Positions 27,348 to 36,509 of a stretch of DNA of 64,000 nt are shown one piece after another. Each line of letters begins with the position of its first letter. Position 1 is the stretch's first letter. The notes under the pieces were generated by a model. The model was not told where the DNA came from. It searched no databases and worked only from the letters and a program-made list of their open reading frames with translations. A program made the position numbers and the translations under genes. Source of the stretch: Phototrophicaceae bacterium (GTDB taxonomy: Bacteria; Chloroflexota; Anaerolineae; Aggregatilineales; Phototrophicaceae); contig OZ251996.1 in assembly GCA_965246975.1 (NCBI GenBank), positions 473,102-537,101 on the forward strand, given 5' to 3'.

Positions 27348-28531
27348 ACGGCGCGCCCGTGCTGCCGGACGGAAGTCTGCATCAGGGCGGCCAGTTGCTG
27401 CACAACCTGTTGCTCTTCGGGCGTATGTGTCGCGCGCTGGGCATGGCCGCCACGCCCAACCGCATGATCGAGGTGGCCCACGCCCTGGGTCACATCGACC
27501 TGGGCCAGCGACTCGATGTGTACCACGCCATGCGCGCGCTCATCGTTTCGCGCCAGCGCGACCTTGAGCTCTTCGACAGGGCCTTCGATCTCTTCTGGCG
27601 GCGCCCCTTCGACGACTGGACGAAGATTGATATGCCGCCGCTCGTCGAGGACGACCCCAAGCGCATGAAATTTTTGCTGCCGGCTGGCGCGAGCGCGGTG
27701 GACTCGCAGAATTCGAACAGCGCTGCACCAGATCTGAAGATGACGGCCATCGTGCCAACCTGGAGCGCGCGGGAGCAATTGCGCTACAAGGACTTCTCGG
27801 AGATGAACGCGGACGAACTCGCGCTGGCCAGGCGCGTGATGGAGCGACTGCCGCGCTCGCTCGACTTCCGACGCACGCGCCGGCTGCGACCGGGTCGGGG
27901 CAGCCGCATCGACCTGCGCCGCGCGCTGCGCCAAAACCTGCGCCATGCAGGCGAGCTCTTCACGCTGCCTACGCGCGCGCCAGGGCTCAAGCCACGGCCA
28001 CTGGTGCTCATCTGCGATATCAGCGGCAGCATGGAGCGTTACACGCGCATCTTTCTGCACTTCATGCACACTTTTGCGACAGGTATGCAGCAGGTGGAGT
28101 CCTTTGTCTTCAGCGTGCGCCTGACGCGCATCACGCAGCAGATCCGGCACAAGTCCGTCGATCAGGCGCTGAAGGACGTAGGCAGCAGCGTCAGCGACTG
28201 GGGCGGCGGCACGCGCACCGGCGAGGCCTTGCGCGACTTCAACTATCGCTGGTCGCGCCGTGTGCTGGGCCGCGGCGCCATGGTGCTCATCATCACCGAC
28301 GGCTGGGATCGCGGCGACCCAGTCTCCCTGCGCCAAGAGATGGAACGGCTGCAACGCAGCTGCAACCGCCTGATCTGGCTCAATCCCCTGCTCGATCTGC
28401 CGCAATACGAGCCCCTGACGCGTGGCGCCAGGGCCATGCTGCCCCACACCGACGACTTTCTGCCACTGCGCAATCTCGATAATCTTGAGATGGTGGTTCA
28501 GGAACTGCAGAAACTGGCCAGGCGGCGCTGA
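27344..28531 (+). CDS. coxE: VWA domain protein (CoxE-like)
   Basis: ATGA overlap with coxD. MIDAS-like LICDISGSM and a C-terminal VWA_CoxE-like region (LIWLNPLL). Confidence 0.8.
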   Translation: MNGAPVLPDGSLHQGGQLLHNLLLFGRMCRALGMAATPNRMIEVAHALGHIDLGQRLDVYHAMRALIVSRQRDLELFDRAFDLFWRRPFDDWTKIDMPPLVEDDPKRMKFLLPAGASAVDSQNSNSAAPDLKMTAIVPTWSAREQLRYKDFSEMNADELALARRVMERLPRSLDFRRTRRLRPGRGSRIDLRRALRQNLRHAGELFTLPTRAPGLKPRPLVLICDISGSMERYTRIFLHFMHTFATGMQQVESFVFSVRLTRITQQIRHKSVDQALKDVGSSVSDWGGGTRTGEALRDFNYRWSRRVLGRGAMVLIITDGWDRGDPVSLRQEMERLQRSCNRLIWLNPLLDLPQYEPLTRGARAMLPHTDDFLPLRNLDNLEMVVQELQKLARRR

Positions 28532-28544
28532 AAGGACAGGTGCC

Positions 28545-29561
28545 ATGCTCGACATTCTGGATACAGTGAACCGCTGGTTGCAAGAGGGGCAAAATGTGGC
28601 GCTGGCGACCGTGGTGCAAACCTGGGGATCGGCGCCACGCGGAGTTGGCTCGAAGATGGCGGTGACACAGGACATGGCGCTGGTTGGCTCGGTGAGCGGC
28701 GGTTGCGTCGAGGGGGCCGTCGTCGAGAACGCGCTGGAGGGCCTCGAGGACGGGCGGCCGCGCATGTTGACCTTCGGCGTCAGCGACGATGAGGCCTGGG
28801 ATGTCGGCCTGACCTGCGGCGGCAAAATCAGCGTTTTCGTCGAAGCGCTGGACGCGGACTGGTGGACGCAGCTGGCGCCGCACGTGCAGCAACATCGTCC
28901 GGCTACCACCATCACGCTGCTAGATGGTGAAGCTGCCGGCAGCAAGGTGCTCATCGGCCCGGACGACAGCCTTGTATATCAGTCAGCGGAACTCGCGCCC
29001 GCTGCCGCGCAGTCGCTGGCTGAGAAGGTCAGCGCCCGCAGCGGGCACATGGAACACAATGGCCAGGCCATCCTGGTCGACCGGCATCAACCCGGGCCGC
29101 AGCTGATCCTCGTCGGCGGCGTGCACGTGGCCATGCCCTTGCAGGCCTTCGCGCGCGAGCTGGGATTCCGCGTCGCGCTAATCGACCCGCGCAAGGTCTT
29201 CGCCACGCGCGAGCGCTTCCCGGACGTCGAGCAAATCCTGCACAGCTATCCGGACAAGGCGCTGCAGCAGCTGGGGCTGGACAGCGACAGCTACCTGGCT
29301 GTGTTGACCCATGACCCCAAGATTGACGACCCGGCCCTGCTGACTGCCCTGCCCAGCCCGGCGCATTACGTCGGGGTGCTCAGCAGCCCGCGCACGCACA
29401 AACAGCGTCTGCAACGTTTGCACAATGCCGGTCTGACAAAAGCGCAGACGGACCGCATACGTACGCCCATAGGCCTCGAAATCGGGTCGCGCACGCCAGA
29501 GGAAATCGCGCTGAGCATCATGGCCGAGATCGTGTCCGTGCGCAGCGGAGCCATCGCGTGA
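28545..29561 (+). CDS. coxF: XdhC/CoxF family molybdenum-cofactor insertion accessory protein
   Basis: N-terminus LATVVQTWGSAPRGVGSKMAV, and a Rossmann-like LILVGGVHVA in the C-terminal half. The ATG at 28545 follows AAGGA. Confidence 0.8.
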   Translation: MLDILDTVNRWLQEGQNVALATVVQTWGSAPRGVGSKMAVTQDMALVGSVSGGCVEGAVVENALEGLEDGRPRMLTFGVSDDEAWDVGLTCGGKISVFVEALDADWWTQLAPHVQQHRPATTITLLDGEAAGSKVLIGPDDSLVYQSAELAPAAAQSLAEKVSARSGHMEHNGQAILVDRHQPGPQLILVGGVHVAMPLQAFARELGFRVALIDPRKVFATRERFPDVEQILHSYPDKALQQLGLDSDSYLAVLTHDPKIDDPALLTALPSPAHYVGVLSSPRTHKQRLQRLHNAGLTKAQTDRIRTPIGLEIGSRTPEEIALSIMAEIVSVRSGAIA

Positions 29562-30598
29562 AATTCGGCCCGGTGCCGCTGGCCGAGGCAGTTGGCAAAC
29601 TGCTGGCACACAATCTGGTCGACGCCCGCGGTCACAGGTTGCTGGGCAAGGGACGCCTTTTGAGCGCAGCAGACATCGAGAAGATCCACGCGCTGGGGAT
29701 GCAGCGCGTCGTCGTCGCTGCGCCGGGGCCGAACGACCTGGATGAAAATGAAGCCGCGCGCCGCGTCGGCGCTGCTGTCGCCGGAAGCGGGATACGGCTC
29801 GTCACGCCGGGGGTGGGCCGCGCCAACCTCGTTGCCATGCATCACGGGCCAGTCTCCCTGAACGTGCCGGCGCTGACCGTGCTGAACAACATTGACCCCG
29901 GCATCACGCTGGCCACGCTGCGCAACCACACGCTTGCACAAAGGGACGAGCTGGTAACGCTGGTCAAGATCGTGCCTTTCGGCATTTCCGAAGCACGCGT
30001 CGTCGACGTCGAGACCACTGCACAGCGACTGGCGCCAGTCGTTGCGCAGCGGCCAATGCGCGAGCTGGATGTCGGCCTCATCATCTCGGGCCCGGCGCGC
30101 GCCCAGGAACGCCTGCAACTGGCTTTCGAGCCGCCCACGCGCGCACGTCTCCAGCAGCTTGGCAGCCGGCTGGCCAGGCTCACCCTTGCCGCCCACGAAG
30201 CGCAGGGCATTGCTGCGGCCATTCGGGAGCAGCTGGCCGACAATATGCAGCTTCTGCTGATTGGCAGCGTTTCGGCCATAATGGACCGCGACGACGTCGT
30301 CCCAGGCGGCCTGCGACTTGCCGGGGGCACGGTCACCCATTTCGGCATGCCGGTTGATCCGGGCAGCCTGCTGCTGCTGGGTTACGTCGGCGCGGTTCCG
30401 GTGATAGGCGCGCCGGGCTGCATCCGATCGCCGCGCACAAACGTCATCGACCTGTTACTGCCGCGTCTGCTGGCGGGAGAACGTCTGACGCGCGCCGATC
30501 TGGTGGCCCTGGGGCATGGCGGCCTGCTGGAGGACATCAGCGAACGACCCATGCCGCGCTCGCAAACCAAAGGGCAGGATGCTCATGCAAGCGACTGA
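29558..30598 (+). CDS. Molybdopterin-binding (MoeA/MoCF_biosynth-like) protein
   Basis: GTGA overlap with the XdhC-like gene. 346 aa, resembling the molybdopterin-binding proteins commonly found after coxF/xdhC. The assignment is from general sequence resemblance only. Confidence 0.5.
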   Translation: MKFGPVPLAEAVGKLLAHNLVDARGHRLLGKGRLLSAADIEKIHALGMQRVVVAAPGPNDLDENEAARRVGAAVAGSGIRLVTPGVGRANLVAMHHGPVSLNVPALTVLNNIDPGITLATLRNHTLAQRDELVTLVKIVPFGISEARVVDVETTAQRLAPVVAQRPMRELDVGLIISGPARAQERLQLAFEPPTRARLQQLGSRLARLTLAAHEAQGIAAAIREQLADNMQLLLIGSVSAIMDRDDVVPGGLRLAGGTVTHFGMPVDPGSLLLLGYVGAVPVIGAPGCIRSPRTNVIDLLLPRLLAGERLTRADLVALGHGGLLEDISERPMPRSQTKGQDAHASD

Positions 30599-31787
30599 GG
30601 CCGCCCTGACAAGCGCGCTTTCGCACCTGGAGTGTGGCTGGTGCGCGGCAACCTGGCCGGCAGATCAACTGATGAATCTCTGCCCGGACTGCGAGCGGCC
30701 GCTGCTGGCGCGTTATGACATGGCTCAGGCGGGCAAGACTCTCACGCCCGCCGCGCTGCGCAGTCGGCCGTCCAGCCTGTGGCGCTATGCGGAAATGTTG
30801 CCGGTGCGCCAGCCTGCCATGCGCAAGACGCTTGGCGAAGGCTACACACCGTTGATTCCCCTGCCGCGCCTGGGCGCGGCGCTGGGCCTGACACAGCTCT
30901 ACGCCAAAGACGAGGCCGCCAACCCGACCAACTCCTTCAAGGCGCGCGGCCTGGTGGTGGCCGTCAATCGCGCGGCTGAGCTGGGGGCGCGGGCCATCGC
31001 GATCCCGACAGCCGGTAACGCGGGCAGCGCCATGGCTGCGGCGGCGGCACGTCATGGACTTCCCGCGTATATTTTCATGCCGCGCGACGTGCCCGCGCCA
31101 TTCCTCGCCGAGATGCATGCGCTGGGCGCAGACATTACGCTGGTGGATGGCCTGATAACCGACTGTGGTGCGCTGGTACGGGCCGGCGCGCAGGACGGAC
31201 GCTGGTTTGATGTCTCCACCCTGAAGGAGCCCTACCGCATCGAAGGCAAGAAGACGATGGGCTACGAGCTCTATGAGCATTTCGACGGTGCGCTGCCGGA
31301 GGTCGTCATCTATCCCACCGGCGGCGGCACCGGGCTCATCGGGATGTGGAAGGCGTTCGCAGAAATAGAGCAGCTTGGTTGGCCGGGACTTCAACAGCGT
31401 CCCCGAATGGTCAGTGTTCAAAGCAGCGGCTGCGCGCCCATCGTGCGTGCCTGGCAGCAGGGAGCAGAAACTGCGCCACTTTGGGAGGGGGCGACGACCA
31501 TTGCTGATGGATTGCGCGTGCCGTCAGCAGTCGGTGACTTTCTCATTCTGCGCGCGATCCGGGAGAGCGGCGGCAAGGCGGTCGCCGTCGCTGATGATGA
31601 TATTCGCGCAGCCATGCTGGAGTTCGGACGACTGGAAGGAATGTTCGTCGCGCCCGAAGCGGCGGCCACGCTGGTGGCGCTGCGCAAGCTGCTGGCCCAG
31701 GGGGCAATTCAGCCGGAAGAGCGCGTCGTGCTCTTCATCACCGGTGGCGGCCTCAAGTACTACAATCTGAGCATGCCGCCGGCCTGA
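30579..31787 (+). CDS. thrC: Threonine synthase-like PLP enzyme with N-terminal Zn-ribbon
   Basis: CGWC...CPDC Zn-ribbon, PLP-lysine motif NPTNSFKARG and GNAGSAMAAAAA. The start (ATG 30579 or 30585) overlaps the upstream gene end at 30598. Confidence 0.75.
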   Translation: MLMQATEAALTSALSHLECGWCAATWPADQLMNLCPDCERPLLARYDMAQAGKTLTPAALRSRPSSLWRYAEMLPVRQPAMRKTLGEGYTPLIPLPRLGAALGLTQLYAKDEAANPTNSFKARGLVVAVNRAAELGARAIAIPTAGNAGSAMAAAAARHGLPAYIFMPRDVPAPFLAEMHALGADITLVDGLITDCGALVRAGAQDGRWFDVSTLKEPYRIEGKKTMGYELYEHFDGALPEVVIYPTGGGTGLIGMWKAFAEIEQLGWPGLQQRPRMVSVQSSGCAPIVRAWQQGAETAPLWEGATTIADGLRVPSAVGDFLILRAIRESGGKAVAVADDDIRAAMLEFGRLEGMFVAPEAAATLVALRKLLAQGAIQPEERVVLFITGGGLKYYNLSMPPA

Positions 31788-31793
31788 AATCGT

Positions 31794-32834
31794 CTAGATG
31801 ACGGGGGTTGCGACGCCGTATTCCCGTGCCAGGGCGCAGACATCATCCCACACGCCCTGCGGCAGCGGGACGCCAGCCCTGCTACGTTCAGCGGTGGAAC
31901 GTTGCTCTTTCTCGCCAGGTAACAATACCTCTTCAAATCCCGGAGCTGGTTCGACTGCCTTGATTCTCACCAGAAATTCGCGCGTCAACTGTTCGAAGCG
32001 CTCCAGGTCGGTGAAGGCCGCGACGTCCAGCGCGAGGATCATGGTGGGATTGCCGGAGCGAAACTCTGTCGATGAGACGGGACTGAAGCCACACATGATT
32101 CCGGGGATGAGCTCCATCATCAGCGACAGACCATAACCCTTGTAGCTGCCAAAGGGCAGCAACATGCCGCCGTCCTGGATGGTGGCCGGGTCAGTCGTGG
32201 GATTGCCGTCGCGGTCCAGCAACATCCCCTCCGGGAAGGCCTCGCCCTTGCTGAGCGCAACCTGCACCTTGCCATTGGCCACGACCGAGGTTGCGAAGTC
32301 CAGCACGAAGGGCATGGCGCCGGTTCTGGTTGGTAAGGCCCAGGCCATCGGATTGGTGGACAGCAGCGGTTCGCGCCCGCCCCACGGGGCAACGGACACG
32401 CGCACCACAGTCCCGCTGGTGAACACCATGCCGACCAGGCCCTGGCGCGCCAGCATCTCTGCGTATTCACCGAGACGGCCGACGTGATTGACTTCTTCCA
32501 GCGTAACGCAGCCAATCCCGTGTTCCTGTGCCAGTTCAGCCGCCAACGCCGTGCCAAATTGCGCGCCAACCTGCCCGAAGCCACGGCCGCAATCGACGCT
32601 GGCAATCGCGCCGGTCTGCTGCCTGAGATGAGGTCGCGCATTCGGGATAAGATCGCCCTTGCGCAGCATCTCAACGTAGAGCCTGACGCGCATGATGCCA
32701 TGCGAATCGTGGCCGGTCAGGCTGGTCTGCAACAGGGATTCAGCCACCATACGGGCAATGTCAGCGGGCGTCCCGGCAGCCGAGAAAATCGCCGCGCCGA
32801 GATCAGCAAGGATTTGTGGCTTAACGAGGGGCAT
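31794..32834 (-). CDS. Ldh_2 family (malate/L-lactate/ureidoglycolate dehydrogenase type 2) oxidoreductase
   Basis: GHDSHGI motif and overall Ldh_2-like sequence. The ATG at 32834 is preceded by GGAGA. Confidence 0.75.
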   Translation of the reverse strand: MPLVKPQILADLGAAIFSAAGTPADIARMVAESLLQTSLTGHDSHGIMRVRLYVEMLRKGDLIPNARPHLRQQTGAIASVDCGRGFGQVGAQFGTALAAELAQEHGIGCVTLEEVNHVGRLGEYAEMLARQGLVGMVFTSGTVVRVSVAPWGGREPLLSTNPMAWALPTRTGAMPFVLDFATSVVANGKVQVALSKGEAFPEGMLLDRDGNPTTDPATIQDGGMLLPFGSYKGYGLSLMMELIPGIMCGFSPVSSTEFRSGNPTMILALDVAAFTDLERFEQLTREFLVRIKAVEPAPGFEEVLLPGEKEQRSTAERSRAGVPLPQGVWDDVCALAREYGVATPVI

Positions 32835-32873
32835 TGTGTCTCCGGTCATTCGAGGCCGACGAACCTGCCGGGA

Positions 32874-34412
32874 TTACTGGCCGACACCCGCCATCATCAG
32901 GCCCAGACTTTCAACCCTGGCGTCTTCGCGCAGGACTTCACCAACCACACGTCCCTCGTAAAACACGACGATACGGTCCGACAACGTCATAATCTCGTCG
33001 AGGTCTTCGGAGATGAGCAGGATGGCGACGCCGTTGTTGCGCTGTTGCATCAGCATTTCGCGGATGTACTCCGAGGCGCCGACGTCAACGCCGCGCGTTG
33101 GCTGGGACGCCAGTACCAGCAGCGGCTGGCGCGAAAGTTCGCGCGCGAGAATGAGCTTTTGCACGTTGCCGCCAGAAAGATTCTTTACTGGCGTATCCTG
33201 ACGCGGCGTGCGAATGTCGTAACGTTTGATCAGGTCCGCCGTAAACTCGCGGATGGCGTCAAAGTCAAGGAAGGGGCCGTTTAGAAACTCTGGCGCGCTG
33301 TGCCGCTGCAGGATTGCGTTTTCGGCGACTGTGAAGCTGCCGATGGTGCCGTGACGATTGCGCTCCTCGGGGATGAAGGACAGCCCCGCACGCAGCCGAT
33401 CCTGCACCGGCAACTGCAACAAGGATTGCCCGCCGAGCAACACCTCGCCTCCCGTGGCTTCACGCAGACCGGCCATACACTCCGCCAGCTCACGTTGTCC
33501 GTTGCCGGAAACACCGGCAATGCCCAGGATTTCACCCGCGCGCACCGACAAATTGATATCCTGCAAGGCAGGCAAGTCGCGGTCATTCTGCGCGCACAGG
33601 CCCCGAATCTGCAACTGTTCGACACCAGCCTGCATCAGCATTCGGTCTGGCTGAAACTGCACGTCCCGCCCAACCATCATGCGCGCCAATTCACCTTGTT
33701 CAACACCGTCATTCGGGATGGAATCTACCACCCGTCCGTCGCGCATCACGGTTATGCGGTCGCTGAGTTCCTGCACTTCGTACAGTTTATGCGTGATGAA
33801 GATCAGGGCGTGGCCCTGTTCGCGCATTTGTTTCAAGGTCCTGAATAGCTCATCGACTTCCTGAGGCGTCAGCACGGCTGTGGGCTCATCGAGAATGATG
33901 AGCGCGCCACCGTGATACAGGGCCTTGACGATCTCAACCCGTTGCTGCTCACCTACCGAAAGCTGCCAGACCTGGGCGTCCGGATCGACCTTGAGGCCAT
34001 AGGTCTCCGAGAGCTCCAGCAGGCGCTGGCGCGCGCGGCCAAGATCGAGAAGCGGCCTGCCTTTCAGTCCGAGGGCGACATTTTCAGTAACTGTCAAGGT
34101 GGGCACGAGCATGAAGTGCTGGTGAATCATACCGATACCCTGCGTCAGCGCATCTTGAGGCGAGCGAATTTCGACCTGCTGGCCATTCAGGTGGATTTCA
34201 CCTTCATCCGGCTTGTAGAGGCCATAAAGCTGGCGCATCAAGGTGCTTTTGCCGGCACCGTTTTCGCCCAGCAGGGCATGGATTTCACCGGCACGCACAT
34301 CAAAATCGACCCGGTCATTGGCCAGCACGCCAGGAAATCTCTTTGTGATGCCAACCAGCCTGGCGTGGTCAATACGACGGTGGCCGGAAGGAAGCGAAGC
34401 GGGATCGTTCAT
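32874..34412 (-). CDS. ABC transporter ATP-binding protein with duplicated ATPase domains (BMP/sugar-nucleoside type)
   Basis: Two ABC cassettes (GENGAGKST, LSVGEQQRV, LILDEPTAVL; GVSGNGQ, LSGGNVQK, LLVLASQPTRGVD). The real start is ATG 34412; the listed 622-aa ORF carries a 110-aa non-coding-looking extension. Confidence 0.85.
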   Translation of the reverse strand: MNDPASLPSGHRRIDHARLVGITKRFPGVLANDRVDFDVRAGEIHALLGENGAGKSTLMRQLYGLYKPDEGEIHLNGQQVEIRSPQDALTQGIGMIHQHFMLVPTLTVTENVALGLKGRPLLDLGRARQRLLELSETYGLKVDPDAQVWQLSVGEQQRVEIVKALYHGGALIILDEPTAVLTPQEVDELFRTLKQMREQGHALIFITHKLYEVQELSDRITVMRDGRVVDSIPNDGVEQGELARMMVGRDVQFQPDRMLMQAGVEQLQIRGLCAQNDRDLPALQDINLSVRAGEILGIAGVSGNGQRELAECMAGLREATGGEVLLGGQSLLQLPVQDRLRAGLSFIPEERNRHGTIGSFTVAENAILQRHSAPEFLNGPFLDFDAIREFTADLIKRYDIRTPRQDTPVKNLSGGNVQKLILARELSRQPLLVLASQPTRGVDVGASEYIREMLMQQRNNGVAILLISEDLDEIMTLSDRIVVFYEGRVVGEVLREDARVESLGLMMAGVGQ

Positions 34413-34444
34413 GCTGCTTCTTTCCACATCATCATCAAGGGAAG

Positions 34445-34498
34445 TCGTCCCTCCTCCTTGCGGAAGAGGGACGAATCCATTGCGAATCCAAAGATTCG
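34445..34498 (-). promoter_or_regulatory. Two intercistronic stem-loops between the SBP and ATPase genes
   Basis: On the - strand: CGAATC-TTTG-GATTCG (34483-34498), then TCGTCCCTC-12 nt-GAGGGACGA (34445-34474). Neither is followed by a U tract. Confidence 0.6.
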
Positions 34499-34501
34499 GT
34501 C

Positions 34502-35485
34502 CTAGGCTGGCTCGCGCGCAACCATGATGTCGCCAGAGAGGATACCGGCCGCTGCCTGGCCTGCCGCAGCCAGGATGTCTGCGGAGATACTGACTGAGCC
34601 AAACACGAAGGACTGGCCACCGTTCGCCAGAGTGAGCTTGTAGGCTACCCCGCCCATCTGACCATCCTGATGGCGCTGGATCATGTCCTGCAGTACGGGG
34701 CCCCAGTTGTAGACCTGCGAGGCCACAACCGCATCCGGCCACTGCGGACTCTGGTCACTCTGGGTCGCGAACCAGTAGCCGCCCGCATTCTCCACGGCTT
34801 CAATCGCCCCGACCACCATCTGTGAAGTACCGGTCAGTATATCGGCACCGGCGGCGAGGTGTGTGTTGCCCACCTCGGTGCCAGCCGCGACATCACTGAA
34901 GGAACCCACATAGGCCAACAGTACCTCGACATCCGGGTCGGTGTCATTGACGCCCTGAGTAAAGCCGACGATGTAGAGCAGCGCATCACCGGCCGGGATC
35001 GGCCCGACGATGCCTATGACATTGGACTCGGTCATTTGAGCAGCCATCACACCATTGACATAGCCGCCTTCTTCAGCAGCTGCCTCATAGGCGAAAATGT
35101 TGCTCAGGCCCATTTCCTCGCCGGTATCACTGGCAGTACCCCACGCAAATGAGGTATCCGGAAAGTCCGGGGCCAGATCAAAGAGCGACGTGCCGTACTG
35201 CGTACCATGCGCGATGACCAGATCATAGCCATCCTCGGCATAGCCACGCAGGGTTTCGGCTGCAGCCGACACATCGAACATCCCTTCCGTGTAAGCAATC
35301 TCCATGGCGTCTGCGCCACCCAGCCCCGCCTGCACCTGCACCAGACCTTCATAGATGGCCTGACTCCAGGACAGGTCTGTAATACTGCTGGGCATCACAA
35401 TCGCCACCCGAACCTGATCTTGCGCTGACACCATGCTGGCGGCCAGCAGCGAAACCAGTACAACCAACAAAACAAGCTTGCGCAT
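34502..35485 (-). CDS. BMP family (Med/PnrA-like) ABC transporter substrate-binding protein
   Basis: Signal peptide MRKLVLLVVLVSLLAASMVSA. ITDLSWSQAIYEGL and GPIPAGD are typical of the Bmp family. AGGAGG RBS before the ATG at 35485. Confidence 0.8.
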   Translation of the reverse strand: MRKLVLLVVLVSLLAASMVSAQDQVRVAIVMPSSITDLSWSQAIYEGLVQVQAGLGGADAMEIAYTEGMFDVSAAAETLRGYAEDGYDLVIAHGTQYGTSLFDLAPDFPDTSFAWGTASDTGEEMGLSNIFAYEAAAEEGGYVNGVMAAQMTESNVIGIVGPIPAGDALLYIVGFTQGVNDTDPDVEVLLAYVGSFSDVAAGTEVGNTHLAAGADILTGTSQMVVGAIEAVENAGGYWFATQSDQSPQWPDAVVASQVYNWGPVLQDMIQRHQDGQMGGVAYKLTLANGGQSFVFGSVSISADILAAAGQAAAGILSGDIMVAREPA

Positions 35486-35544
35486 TTCATTCCTCCTGAT
35501 TGTCACGATTACAGTCGCCGGCCAGTGCCGACGGAATAACCAAC

Positions 35545-36507
35545 TCAGTTTTCACCACGTTCAAAGGGCCTCGTCAACGCTTTGGGTTCATGACGCTGAC
35601 GATCGCGAGCAAAGATCAGCACGATGATGGTAAGCACGTAGGGCATCATTATCAGCAGGTTGGCCGGAATTACCTCGCCCTGCACGCGCACGTCCAGCAC
35701 CTGAACCCAGATCTGCAGGTTGTTGGCCGCGCTGAACAAGAGTGCGCCCAGCATCACCTTCCATGGTGACCAGCCGCCAAAATAGACGAGCGCCACGGCG
35801 ATGAAGCCGCGCCCGGCGGTCATGTTCTCCTGAAACACGCCCGTCAATGCCAGCGACATTGAGGCGCCCGCCAGGCCAGCCATCACGCCGCCAAGGATTA
35901 CTGTCGAGTAGCGCACGCGGGCGACGTTGACCGCCATCGAATCGGCCGCGACCGGATTCTGGCCAACGGCACGGATCTGCAGCCCCCAGGTCGTCCGGTT
36001 CAGCGTCCAGACCGAAAGCGGGACAAGCAGAAAGGCGAGATAGACCATCGCGTTCTGATTGAAGAGAACTTCGCCCAGCACCGGTAGCTCGCTTAGCAGC
36101 GGGATGCGCAGCCTCGGCACAGATTCGGACACAATCACCCCGTCCGCTAGCACCCGAAACAGGAGCGTGGACATTCCCAAACCGAAGAGCGTCAGCCCGA
36201 TTCCGCTGATTCCCTGTTCCGCCTGCAAGGTCACGCTAATGAAGGCCATCAACAGACCCAGCAGGCCGCCAACCAGCATGCCGGTCAACACACCGAAGGG
36301 CAGGCCGGCATTCAGCCCCTTCTCCGAGACGACGTAAATTGATGCGAAAGCACCCATCAACATGATGCCCTCGACGCCCAGGTTCAAAACGCCCGAGCGT
36401 TGCGCAAACACTTCGCCGAGCGCAGCGAAGAGGAAGGGAGTCGCTGCTGCAAGGGTTAGCCCGGAGGCCGCGACCAGGATTTCCAGCAGCGTGCGTTCGG
36501 CGCCCAT
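35545..36507 (-). CDS. ABC transporter permease (BMP-associated, BPD_transp_2)
   Basis: Polytopic membrane protein. The ATG at 36507 lies 2 nt after the upstream stop. Confidence 0.8.
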   Translation of the reverse strand: MGAERTLLEILVAASGLTLAAATPFLFAALGEVFAQRSGVLNLGVEGIMLMGAFASIYVVSEKGLNAGLPFGVLTGMLVGGLLGLLMAFISVTLQAEQGISGIGLTLFGLGMSTLLFRVLADGVIVSESVPRLRIPLLSELPVLGEVLFNQNAMVYLAFLLVPLSVWTLNRTTWGLQIRAVGQNPVAADSMAVNVARVRYSTVILGGVMAGLAGASMSLALTGVFQENMTAGRGFIAVALVYFGGWSPWKVMLGALLFSAANNLQIWVQVLDVRVQGEVIPANLLIMMPYVLTIIVLIFARDRQRHEPKALTRPFERGEN

Positions 36508-36509
36508 CG

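Noticed and set aside
26430-28531. The MoxR-like AAA+ ATPase plus VWA protein pair, considered as a possible stand-alone defence or stress system.
   Set aside because: The pair sits immediately after coxSLM and before an XdhC-like gene, which is the standard CoxD/CoxE/CoxF maturation context. Nothing suggests an independent system.
27110-28954. Very long ORFs antisense to recognisable genes: 27110..28954, 40941..42566, 38970..40523, 22625..23719, 20640..21965, 16291..17373, 52241..53659, 61968..63455 and 12005..12841.
   Set aside because: Each lies opposite a gene with clear family motifs (CoxD/E/F, the XDH-like subunit, CoxS/L, amidase, PurA, TyrA/AroA and so on). Their translations are Arg/Ala/Gly/Pro-rich low-complexity sequence with no recognisable motifs. 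Stop-poor antisense frames are expected in high-GC DNA. One of them even spans an intergenic gap, which argues against real coding.
32874-34742. N-terminal extensions in the listed ORFs: the 110-aa extension of the ABC ATPase, the 65-aa extension at 43576, the 114-aa extension at 44534, the 41-aa extensions at 4760 and 28422, and the 25-aa extension at 22034.
   Set aside because: The extensions overlap the preceding gene or run through intergenic hairpins, and they are compositionally non-protein-like. In each case an internal ATG or GTG with an RBS or a stop/start overlap gives the canonical family N-terminus.
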